DNA from: Lama guanicoe | Lineage: Eukaryota | Assembly: GCA_013239625.1 (NCBI GenBank) | Contig: MU054220.1 | Span: 8,963,367-9,027,366, forward strand | DNA: 64,000 bases | Direction: 5' to 3' | Part shown: positions 12,901 through 25,130 of the stretch, piece after piece | Position numbering within the stretch: the first letter of the stretch is position 1 | Layout of the letters: every line of letters starts with the position of its first letter | Made by a program: the position numbers and the translations under genes | The notes under the pieces: model-generated | Seen by the model: the letters and a program-made list of their open reading frames with translations, nothing else | The model's database searches: none | Told to the model about the DNA's origin: nothing

Positions 12901-15349
12901 GGAGACGCTTATTTATTTCAGGACAGGACCTACTTTTAAAAAAAAAATTTATCAGATCCATAAATGAATCCTTGACCAAAGTAACCCACGACTGAAAAAC
13001 GTTAAGAACTCTGTATTAAATGCTGAAATCACACCACCCGACTCTACCTATTCAGCAGGACTACAGTGCAGTCAGACCTAGCCACACATCTAAGAGGGAC
13101 GCATTGCAATCTGAATCACAGATGCCACTGACGTGCCCTAAGTCCTGGTTACACTTGCCTCATGCTCTAAGCAGGAGAAGGGGGGAATAGCCATATTAGA
13201 AATTCATCAGGAATAGTTATACTTCAGAAAAAATTTCCTGGAGACCTCAACCAGAACCCTGCCCTAGGCCCTTCACCTCAGTAACCCCACACTTTGGACA
13301 GCCTTGCTCAAAATTTTCTGCCTCCTTTCAGCGCCTGATTTGAGTTGAGGCTGGGCCTGCCATTTAAACTGGATGATCCAAACACAGACCAGCACCACAT
13401 GGACCCTAGTCACCATTTCAGTCCTTGAGAACTCTCTCCAAGCCTCTTCATCCCCCAATGCCACATGTGAAGTTGACCAGATGCTCTAACAAGCTCTGGG
13501 ACTCATGCCTACGAGGTCATCCTGGGACCCCAGGCCATGCTCTGTTCTAAGAGGGCAGCCTGGCAAGTGAATAATTTCCACTGGCTTATCGAGCACTTCT
13601 TTTATACGGCTGCACAGAACTGGCCTGCCAGAATGGTGCGTCATGCTGGTTTTGGTTGACTCTCACTGATACTGGACACCAGCTGAGTTTCAGGCTCTGG
13701 GCTACCAACTGTCCACTGTATCTCGGGCTTGAGCTGGAGTGTGAGCCCGTGCATTAAGTTCTGAGTTCTGCTGGTCTGTCGATGCTCAGCTGTCAGTCAC
13801 CACTGCAGTACCCACTTTGAACAACAGCACTCAAGGGCTGCAGAATTGGTGGTAAGAGGCCTTTAGCTTCCGTGTCCTCTGGCTCCGGACAGAGGCCTGT
13901 CACCACATCCCGAAAGGCTCTAGAGCACGTGGTAGGCAGCCCTCCGGGGTGGCTGTGCCCACCTCTTTGGAGGGTGTAGAGGGTTCCAAGTGACGGCGAC
14001 TCTCATCCCCAGCGGATACGGAGGCATCACACCCTGCCGGGTCAAATTCAGGTCCGGCCAGATGAGAGAGGGATGTCCTCTGTCTAAATGTAACTATTCT
14101 TCTCAGTTGGCCAACAGTCCCTCCTTGGCCTTCTATCAGATGATAGTGTTTGGAAGACTAGAGAATGGTTAATATTGGGAAACGTTCACATTCTCTGATG
14201 CAGAGCTTAGGGTCTAAAGTGTTCTGTACAAGACACAGGCGGAACACGTGTTGTTTTGTATTTATGGTGTGAAATTCCAAATGGTAAATATAATGTGACC
14301 AGAAAACAAATCACTGCTTACATGTTCCTGCATGCTTTGAGTGAGATGTATACTTTTGGTCATCACCAGAAGAGCCAAGTCACAACCTCAAACAGAATGA
14401 CTTGAAGTCCATACCTGCAGGTGGCAGCAGGGATGATCCAGCACCACGAATAATGATGTGAAGGGCGTGAAATAAATGGTATTAAGGAACAGCAGAGAGA
14501 GAAAATCAGAATTGCTGCAATAAAAACAGGTTCCTAAGAGACATGACCTTGCGAGAAATAAGAGAATTGCTACCTTTTTTCTCATATCCTGAGAGATATG
14601 AAATAAGCCAGGAATAGTACATTTGACAATAAAGAACTTAAAGAGATGAATACTAGACCCAAGAGGGAAAGATATGACCTAATACTATAAAAAATCTTCA
14701 TGTACACTGATTAAATAACACATAAATAGGTAACACTTACCTACCAATTATGCTAAATTTTCGTTAATTAATCACTACACCTCATATGGGGCCATGGATC
14801 CTAGATTTAAAAAAAAACAGCTTTCATTCAATAAATAATTGAATAAATAATTCTTCAGGCTCATGTATTTTTTCAATATTAAATATAATGTGTACCTTAT
14901 AAAAATAATAATTGCATTCATTTATTTTAACTAGCATACTTAGAATATCTAAGTTAGAGCATACTATCCCAACTTAGAACTAACAACAACCTTCTTGTGC
15001 GTCAAGGTTGATAATGCATTTCCTAATCAGTCACCTTTATTTAATTGTGCACTCTTATCTTTTAAGCAACTGTACGTAATTCAGTTCCTACTTAATCAAT
15101 GTGAAATGGACCATTGAGCTGTCTCATTTCTCTTGATAAATGTTGCTCTATTTTATTTTCCTTCTAAATAAACAACTATTGAGCTGGTCTGAAAACCCTT
15201 CTTTTCTTCTAGGATCTAATGTGTAAGACCTGACACTTACATTCTGTTCTGTGTAAATTCAAAGTAAAAGCATCTTTCTTACAAGAGAATGAATACTTAA
15301 TTTTCTTATATTCTTAAATTATCAATAAACACTTTTTAAACATTCTATA

Positions 15350-15830
15350 TGCTTTTTAAAAGTTGTTTGTTTCATGAAAAATTATTACCAAAAGTGCACA
15401 ATTCAGTTATTTTCATAAACTGAACAAATTCATGTAACCAGCACCAATACTGAGAATAGTTAACACTAGCACAGAGCACCCCTTTCTGTACTATCTTCCA
15501 CTGATACTACTCCAACCAAGGGAAGCCACGTTTCTGGTTTCCAAATTCATCAATCGGTTACTCCTGGTTCTGTAATTTATTTGGATGAATTATATTATAT
15601 GTACGTGTTTGAGTCTGGTTTCTTTCACTCAACATATTAGTGAGAATCATCCATGTAGTATATTTATCCTTATCGCTGTATAGAATTCCACTTGTGAACA
15701 TGCTACAGTCTATCCATTCTACTGCTGATGGGCACATGGTTATTGTATTTTGTTAACAGTTGAGCTTAAGAATATCCTAGAGTATAGCTTTTGGTTAACA
15801 TAGGTATGCAGTTATTTTTTAATGTACAAA
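15350..15830 (-). mobile_element. Old L1 (L1MC/ME-type) 3' end
   Basis: aaagtgcacaa...ttttcataaactgaaca..catgtaaccagcacc...gtctggtttctttcactcaacatatt..gtgagaatcatccatgt...ccattctactgctgatgggca. Confidence 0.8.
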
Positions 15831-16862
15831 ACAAGGATTTTAAAGAATATTATATGTCATTTCAAGAAGTATAAGTGCCATTAATAGTTAAAAGGATTTA
15901 ACAGCCAGTGATGCTGAATTAGTTATCCATTTGACTAAACCCATTTGGCATTTCACTTTTATGGGTTTACATCATTCAGAACACATTCATATTCTCTTCT
16001 CACTAATGAAGAATTACATTGAAACAGATTTTACATCGTTTTCTGCAAGTTATTTTACCTTGTTTAATAGACAAGAGTTCACATGCATAGAGTAGAGATG
16101 ACCAGACTAAGGAGAATTAAAGAACAAGGCAAAAGACCTGGTTATCTAAAGAGATGCTGGCCACTAGATGGATGGAAAATGTTACGCATCACAGAGAAGA
16201 AAGTTAAACTTATAACTAATAAGACCATTAAACATGCAAACTTAATATGTTATATTGTGAGAGTATTTCACTAGTATTGACCACCGGGCATACTCATACC
16301 CCAAATTCTTTATTTTTTAAAATGCTGATTTTGCCAACCTGAACTGCTGTCTTGCCATGTCTTATCACATTATCATCTACTATCGAGGGAGGGGCTAGGC
16401 TAGCTCACGATCTAGGTGTGACTACTCTTCTGTCCCTCTCTCCTTATTAACTGCCCCGCCAGCACCACACCTAAGTAAATTGGAGAATTATGCGTGAATT
16501 TGTTCATTTAAGTGATTTTACTTATGAGAAATCATACTTCCTAGTGATAACCATAATCATGTATTTTAAATAAGCAAATACTTAAGATTAAAAAAAGTTC
16601 AAATTCAGTTTAGAGTTATATTAGGCATATCCTTCCAAAATTTCACGGAAATCATCCTCTACCAGATGGCTGGGACCGGCGTCCTGAACAACCACACTCT
16701 GATGCTCTTTCACCAGACAATGGACTTTCATTCTTCCATTTCTTATGAGCTACTCTTCTCTTCATCTAAAATAATTATGATTCTTTTCTTCAGTAAAGTT
16801 CTACCCATTCTCCAAGACCAAGGTCAAATGATCCCTTTTGGGTGAAGTACTTGCTCAGTTAC

Positions 16863-17140
16863 TGTATTAATTAGGATAGGCTATGTTGCAGTAGCAGAGG
16901 AAATTCCCAAAATTACATTTTCAAGTTCAGTAATTCCAATCTGACAGTGGAAGCCACCTTGTAACTACATTATCTGGAGCACACAGCCCCCAGGATCACC
17001 ATGACAAGGAAATACAGAGATACAGGAGATACGACAACACTTGGCCATCTCTGCCTGACGGTGACACTTGCCACTTCTACTAACAATCCTCTGGCAGAAC
17101 TCATCAGATGCCCACAACCCGTCTGCAAGAGAGTGGAATA
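16863..17140 (-). mobile_element. Old MaLR LTR fragment (MLT1J/K-like)
   Basis: tgtattaattaggataggctatgttgcagtagca...gtgacacttgccacttctac...ctggcagaactcatcagatgccc. Confidence 0.6.
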
Positions 17141-18685
17141 CCAAAGCTAAAATTTAAGACTTCCCCTAACCCCATCAATTAATCAATCAATAAGAAAAGC
17201 CTTTGAGGGTAGTAGTCTTCGGTTCTGACTTGCCCCAAATAATACTTCTTATTAGTGGATATCTTACATTAAATCTTTTGATTCATTATTTTATTTATTT
17301 AAATTTCTGACATGCCCTAGCTAATGGGGACATAACCTTAAAAAAGATGCAGACTCGTCCTCCAAAGGTCTCAGAGCCAAGAAAAGGTGACATAAACATA
17401 ACCGGCAATTTTAACTCAGTGTTTTAAGGACAAGCGACTTCAATCCAACTCCCTAGCTCCCAGAAATCTAAAACAATATATTTTTAAGAAAGCTGCATTC
17501 TATGCATCAATACAACACTTCCTAGAGAGAAAGAGAGCAGGAGGCACAAGGCGACAAAGGCCAGGCCAGGCCAGGCCATGCCTCGGGCCATCTGGGTCCC
17601 ATTTTAAGACTGTTGTTTACCCAGCACCTTCTCCATCAAAACACTTGTAGCACTTCTCTCCACCGGCAGCATTACAAACACTTTCCTATAATGAACATTT
17701 CCTTCCCATCTCACACTCTCTTTTCAGAGAATTTATTTCCGTGCCTTTACAAGAAAAAAATAAAATCCTGCTCTGTGCTCATTGGATTAAATGTGGAAAT
17801 GATGAAGCCTTAGCCAATCAGACTTTCTCTTCTTCCATCCAGAAACCTGGATGTAGAATTAATCGATCTCCACCGGCCTCCTGAACAAAAGTATCAAGTA
17901 AGGCTGGAGCTAGGGCTCTTCTGGTTGGATTGTGGATGTGTGAAATCCACTCTGTAAAGATAAGAGGAGTGTGCAAAGAACAGAGCAGACTTACAGAGAA
18001 GAGCATGTGTCCTGGGGTGAAAACTATGAAAAAGCTAACTACACTGGCTCCTCAACGGTTTCCAGAGCTTTCGTTCCAGCCTGTGTGAGCCCCAAATACA
18101 CCCCTAGGCTGAAAGTTTTGTATCCTTTCTAACATTTCTCCTTTGACTACAGACTGATCAAAGCAATCTTTCTCTGGCAACCAAATACTCCCTGAGAATG
18201 TGTCCAATGGTAACACAAATTCGACTCCCTCGATCAGGGAGCCCCAAAAGCCTTTTGACTCAATCTGATAACATTTCACTCCATTCTGGTTCTTTGGAAG
18301 CCGTCAGCAGCCTGGGCCATCTCTTGCTCCTCCTTGACACAGTCATCAAGTGCTTTCACCTGGAAGTGTCCAGTCTCCATCAAGCGCCTACGGCCTTCAG
18401 CTGGGGAAACCACAGCTGTCTTTCCGCAGAAGGCAGAGTGTCTGCACACAGAAGCCTGAGAGTGAGGAAGCGCACCCACAGAGTGAGGGCTTCCTCTTAC
18501 TCTGCATAGTCGTAGCCTAGTCTAGCTGGGCATTTCCAGCGGCCTCCACTGGCCATGCTGCCTAGGTCCCGAAGTCAGATCTCTTACTTCCCGAACACTT
18601 CTCTGAGCTCCCCCTGTGAAACGCACTGATAATAACAGAAAACAGAACAAGGACTGATGCAAATGTCTCTCATAGATTAACTCAC

Positions 18686-18703
18686 CTCGTACTTATAAAA
18701 TGC
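18686..18703 (-). other. Candidate 18-nt microexon (AFYKYE in phase 0, or HFIST in the other open phase)
   Basis: minus strand reads CACTAAC (branch A at -19) atttctgtgttttttAG | GCATTTTATAAGTACGAG | GTGAGT; host gene not identified. Confidence 0.5.
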
Positions 18704-20110
18704 CTAAAAAACACAGAAATGTTAGTGATGTGCTTAGTCATACAGCTATCCGGGGTAGGATGCAAACCCCAAACTGTCCAGGGAGTTCCCTCAGCCACCC
18801 CATGTCAGTAACTGGGACCTGGGAAGCTCCTGTCGCTCTGACTTTGAACTACACTCTGCCAGGGCTCTGGCCGTAGCCCGGTGTTTGAAGCAATGCAGTT
18901 CTCCAGATCTTCCTGTCTGTGCTGAAACCACGCTCACCACCAGCTCCTGGGGAAATGAGTCCTGAAGGCCAGGGCCCCCACGGCGGAGGCCGCGAAGCTT
19001 CACTTAGGCAGCTCTCCGTTTCTGTCCCTTCGCTAACAAGCAGCAGGATGTGCACGTTCTGATTCTTGCACTTGCTACTGCTACGTCCTTACACAAGGTC
19101 CTTTGCCTCTCCACCACTCACAATTCATCAAAGAAAACCAACCAGCTAATCAGTTTCAGGACAAATTAAATGACATGGTGTAAATAAAACATGGCTCTCG
19201 AAAACCTGTCGGCTCTTTTTCCCACCCATGTCCTGCACTCTTTACTAGGAAATATCAAACACTTGTTCCACGCTGCCTCTCATCCATGGTCTCCTGCTCA
19301 GTTTGGTTGGTCATTATTTGTTTCGATGTTTTCAAGAAACTTTGCCAATTAATTAGCAGACTGCTGCATTGGAAATTCCATTTTTCTTCTCATTTTTCTT
19401 CTGAATGTTTTTCTCTCCCACTTAAGAGTGAAACTAGATCATTAAATTCTATCACTGTCTGATTACTCCTCACCTTTGAAGCTGGCATCTGAGGTTTCTT
19501 CTGGAGACACGGATTCTGCAAAGGGCAGTTTTATTACTCGTCTTGGGTAAGCAAGGATTAGGGAGATAATCAAAGGTCACAGTGAAAGCTGTGCTGAATT
19601 ACTTTACCGACTCCGAGAACACAAGCAAGCAAGTTCTTACCAACGTGCCTGTGGAATCAGACTTCCTGCGAAAGAGACTGCCTCGCCTGCTTTATGACTT
19701 TGTATCCCAGCCCCTTTCACAACTGACAGTCTGCTCCTGACAGAGTGAGAATTGTTCGCTGTTTTTAAAGGGCCACTGCCCTTCCTCTGGCTCTCTCACG
19801 AGACGAGCCACACTGCCCCCTGAATTCCATGAACTAGTTTGGGATGTTGAAGCAGCAGTTCTGGGCAGCACTGGGTCAGCAGCTGTATCTCCCCATACTG
19901 GGCCATGACTCACCCCTTCTGCTGTCTTCGGATCACTGATTCGGACTAAGCAACAGCTTGGCAGGAACCCTCGGAGACACTTTCTGCTTATTTTCCAAAG
20001 CCCCTCAAGATATTTACTCTCTTCAGGACCCAAATGAGTATCATAAATTAATTAAACATGACTCTGAGATCCATATATATTTTGGCACTGCAGTGTTTAA
20101 AAACATCACA

Positions 20111-20364
20111 GAACTTATCTACAAAACAGCAGCAGACTCACAGACATAGAGAATCAACGCATGGTTACCAGGGAGTAAAGGGGGTGGGAAGGGATAAATC
20201 GGGAACTTGAAAATTGCACCTCCTGGGGAGTGATGGAAATGTTAGCTATCTTGATTGTGGTGGTGGTTTCATACATCTATATATCAAAATTCATCAAATT
20301 GTACATCTGAAATACGTGTAGTTTACTGTAAAGGAAGCATATCCCAATAAGGGTGTTAAAAAAA
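20111..20364 (+). mobile_element. Chimeric L1 3' end (young artiodactyl-type UTR joined to an older L1M-type terminus)
   Basis: matches the in-window young L1 UTRs up to ttgca (20218), then ctggggagtgatggaaatgttagctatcttgattgtggtggtggtttca...aaattcatcaaattgtaca...aataag and an A tail. Confidence 0.8.
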
Positions 20365-21489
20365 GTTTTTTTTAATCATGGAAAATCACCATCAACAGCC
20401 TAGTGTTTCCGTCTTCCTCTCTCACGGTTTCCCCTCCCAGCCAGGATGCCTGTACACGGAGCCCAGGCTGGAGCGCAGTTACTGCAGTGGGACAGAAGCC
20501 AGCTGTGAGAGAGACTCTCCGGCAGGCATCTCCGCACCACTCGGGGGAGGCTGCCTCGGAGGGAGGCGTCCCCAGCTGCGAGCTGTCACGTAAAAGGCTT
20601 TCATGGGTTAAGTAACTTTGACGAAGCAGAATTCTGTTGTCCAGTTTTACTGGTCTCTGAGTCTGATTGCAAGGACTGCTCTTCATTACAGACCTGCCTA
20701 CTGGTGCTTACAAAGTCACCGCCCTTTGGATTAATCTAGACCACGGGCCATTATGAACTTTAGTTCTGGAGGAAGATACAATGTACTTGGTGGCAGGAAA
20801 GAGATGTTCTCATGGTTTCCTTTCTTCTAGCTTTTAAACTTGAGCTCTTTTCATAACCTCTGAGGCTTGGGGGTGATGTAGGGAAGGTGTCTGGCAACCA
20901 TCAGAATTAATACCTTATACGTTTAAGTTGAAGGAAGTAAGACTGAACGTTAACATAAAAGTATATGCAGACGTTTTTTCTATAAAGTAAATAATTTAAT
21001 ATATGCAGTGCTGGATAAGGAAACACTGTATTTTGCACCTCTGATGCTAATACACATGTGTATAAAACCTGAACACATAATTCCATTTTCTATCATTCCC
21101 TCAATGAAAATTTCTTAGAACTACTTTTGAATTTTAAAATTTAATTTACAGGTTTGTAGTTTGTGTTACACATCTGGAAAGAGGATGAAATAAGGGGGAA
21201 AGTGTCACAAATGTACATCTTACCCTCAACAAAATAAACCACTTGGCTTTGTGCCCCAGGTCACAAGTGAGTCTGAGTACTACAAACTGTCTTAGAGCAT
21301 AATCTTTAAAAGTTAAAGTCCTTCCCGGATATCATACAAAATCTATGATACCATTCTATAATACTAATATGAGGCTGTTAAAATCCTATGCCTAGATTGA
21401 TAAACTCCAGCAAATATATAAGTATTGCATCACCTACTCTTGAGGCTTATAGAACAGAGAAAGGAATCAGCAAGATGAATTTGCATTTT

Positions 21490-21670
21490 AACTGTCACCT
21501 CCTACTAAGTGACTCTTGCCAAGTTACTTAACAATTTTGCTCTTTATTTTGTCACTTCTTAAACCAATCATACTGCCACCACATCATGATATTGTTAAGA
21601 AGGTTAAATGAGAAAATATAATTAAAGCCACTAGAAACATCTACCTTATAATCGTATTCAACAATATTGA
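21490..21670 (+). mobile_element. MIR fragment
   Basis: gtgactcttgccaagttacttaac...gttaagaaggttaaatgagaaaatata..aaagc. Confidence 0.6.
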
Positions 21671-22299
21671 CATCAACATTCTTCTGTTAGCATATACATT
21701 CCTATGTGAAATATTCACTGCCTTTATGAAATTTGACAATACAAGGGGTGCAGAATTCTCCACTAACCTTTCATCTTACGGTTTAAGAACCACTTGATCA
21801 CTCTTGAGTCAATATTTCAGAATGATGAGTTTCACAATGTATCATTTCTTCAATTCATTTAAGCTGGCATTCTTCAGTAGAGTTTCTAGTCATCAACTAA
21901 GATCAATTGGCTACCCAATAATTTCATTCTTCCATGAAGTTAGATAGTATATGGTAACTCTCTTCTATTAATAACCAATTTTGAAAACAAGTGTTTGGTT
22001 TATTAACCACCAAGAATAATGGCAAGTATAATTCTTCTGGCTTTCTCTTTTTGTTGTTATTATTATAGACTCATGAGATTTCCTTTGATATGTTTCTATA
22101 CTCTACAATAATTTTTCTCCATGACACACTAAGAGTCGACATTTGGCCAATGTGAATTTCTTCAAGCTGAGTCCTGCCCTTTTGAATTGATCTCTTATTT
22201 ATTGGAAGCTTTCCTGCTTTCTGTCATAACAAAATATCTGAACTCAACAATATTTTCTAATCTTCTCCACAACAATGACCTAGAAACAATGTCATTCTA

Positions 22300-23300
22300 T
22301 GAACAATGAATATTCCTAGTAACCAGATTTGACTTCTAATGTAATTCCCTATATTTGCTACTTAAGAGGAATGAGGTTGAAGAAATGGTTGATTCTATGT
22401 CTCAGATAGGGACATTCCAAGATCAGCTAAACAGTTTTTGAAATACCCAATTATTAATCATACACAGACAGCCAAGGGTTATCAGACTTACGAGAAAAGA
22501 TAGAAGTAAAATACTAAAAAAAAATCAATTTATGAAAAATATTTAAGTTTAAATATATATTTTTAACACATATATATATATACATATGAAGTATACTTAG
22601 AGAACTAAAAAGGTAAGGCATATATGCATATGTGAAGCAAGAATAGAATACTAAAATAGAGGTATATTTGACAACAGAAATCAATTCTTGGGAATTAAGT
22701 GTATGATAGGAATTTAAATCTCCATAAAAACTAATTAAAGGAATTTCACTTAAAGAGTAAAATTAAAGACAGAGAGAGAGATTAAAATGAGCATAGAAAA
22801 TGTAAGTAAACTGGAGCACCACTCCAGTACCAAATTGGTTATCTGAATTGAAAATAACAGAATTCCAGAGAGATGGAATAAAGACAATGGATAAAAATCA
22901 TTAAAATCTTTTGTAGAAGTCCCAGAACATAAAAACCAATGTTACCAAACTGAACAGGCCTGTAGAGCTCACAAAACAGTGGCTGTGAACCAACACCCTT
23001 GCCCATCATTAAGAAATTATATATCACTCAAGTGCTAAGGGTAGAGAGCCACACACAGAGAATCAAGAGCAGAAAAGGGTCTTCATACTTCGAAACAATA
23101 AAGCTGGAAGCAAAACCTTCATTATGCTGAAGGAGAATCAGTTCCCACCCAGTGAAATTATCTGCCAGAAAAGACAGCAGAGTAGGTGGGTCTCAAAATT
23201 TGCCTCCCAGAGTCTTTCTCAAGATGCTCTAGGAGACCAAGTTCTAAGAGCAGGAGTTAATAAACTAAGAAAGAGGAAGTCATGTGGAGGGACTCAAGAG
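22300..23300 (+). mobile_element. Very old L1 (5'/ORF1-type) fragments
   Basis: A-rich; aattcttgggaattaag...aattccagagagatggaataaag...ccaaactgaacaggcc...cacccttgcccatcattaagaaatt...gaatcaagagcag pattern. Confidence 0.55.
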
Positions 23301-24023
23301 AAACACACATGGAAAGCTACCATTAAATCATTTTTAGCCTGAACTGAGAATATCCTGGTTAGCTGGGTCCAGAATCTTACCTACATTTGGTTTGTTTTGA
23401 CCACGTGCAAATGAAGTTCTCCTCTTCCCTCTGTGACCTGTTTTCTAGAAGAGCTGAAAACACTCATTTTACTTATTCCCCAGGGGTGTTTTGCTTTGAC
23501 TTTCTTCTGGAAGGTACAGATGCACTATACCTGAGCAGGCGATCAGAAGGTAATGAAGCATTTGTGTATTAGGCTGGACTCCTGTCCTTGCACACTGGTT
23601 TCTCCAAGAAAGGCTTCTGTATACTTTCAAGGTAGTGTCGTCATGACACAGAGGCTCTGCTCATCTACCTTATCTTTTCCTGCTTCCCTTCATTGAATGC
23701 TACTGCCACTGCCCTTCTCAACCCACTCAGATTTGTGTTAGCACCTGTCTTTTCAAAACTAACAATATATTGTTTATTGGCATATGCATAGATAGTGAAC
23801 TTACAAAGATGTACAGGGTGTAATCAGCACAAAAATTAGGATAATGGCTACTCTGGTGGAATGAGATAGATGTGACTAAAAGTGAAATATTTAGAGACCT
23901 CTAAACTATGGAAAGTGATTTCTTCCTATAACTAGATGGCATTTATAAAAATGTTATTACTTTTACTATTATTTTTCTCTAAATTACACATATAGCCTTT
24001 TTTCTAGAGGTAGGATACATTTG

Positions 24024-24024
<1 letters not shown>

Positions 24025-24056
<32 letters not shown>
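24025..24056. repeat. (CA)n microsatellite
   Basis: pure CA run. Confidence 0.97.
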
Positions 24057-24058
<2 letters not shown>

Positions 24059-24169
24059 TTCTTTCCTGACTTAATTTCTGGATTAGAAATTTGGATCAAG
24101 TCCCTCACACGATGAACAGTAATTTACTCAAGGCACTTCATCACAAAGAAATAAAGACCTCAGCATGTC

Positions 24170-25130
24170 TATAAAGCAGAAGAAAAACAAACGATCAGGA
24201 CTCCAAATGGCATCAGACTTCTTATCAGCAAGTTTGGAATATTTCAGATAAAAAGGAAATGGCTTCAAAATTCTAAAGAAAAAGTACTTTGAATTTGGTC
24301 GAGGAGTCCAACCATCAGTCAGGTGTGACAGTAGGAACATACAGTTTTTTAAAAGTTGAAATGAACTCTTTTTTTCATTTCATTCTTAGGAGCTATTGAG
24401 GATTCGCTCAAGAAAAATTATCACGCAACAAAAAACATAATATGGAACCAAGGGAAAAGGAGATTCAATACAGAAAAGAAGTGTAAATGAAGAAAATTTC
24501 CAGTCCAGAAAGTGGGCGATAGGTTCAGAGAGTTGTTTACCTTGGAGCAGTTTCACAGAGTACTCTGGATCCAATCCAATCAAGAAAATCAATCAATTAA
24601 TTGATTTTCCTATTTATTCAAGAATTTGGAAAATCACATTGCAATATGTTCAACAGGTTGAATATAGTGTTTGGTAATGTAGATAGAAAAAAAACCCAAG
24701 GTGATTGTTAAGTCTGAGAAAAAGAAAAAATTATTGTGTGCTACCTACTTTGCAGTGAGCAATACACACATAACATAATAAACTAAACAAAAATATTTAA
24801 CTGACCTCAACTTTATGATATAACTTATCTGCAGGTTTGGAGGAGGGAAAGTAGAGATGGAATATAAAGAGAAATCTCATTTATGAAAATACAAAGTCAA
24901 TAGAAATTATATATAATCATATATATCTTTTGTTTTTATTAAGGCAACTTTGGACCAAGCATACTACTATTATTTAGAATTAGAAAGCTTAATCTAGTAG
25001 AAACAACTGAAAGAGATGGTTTGAAAACTCCATTTCTTCCCTTTGGTTATATATCGGTAGAATTTCTGTATTTTGGGGCAATTTCATTTTTAATGATTGG
25101 TGCACACTACTTTGATTAAAATAAAACTTA
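24170..25130 (+). mobile_element. Old L1M fragments
   Basis: aatggcatcagacttcttatcagcaa...aatggcttcaaaattctaaagaaaa...; ends cactactttgattaaaataaaa. Confidence 0.55.
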
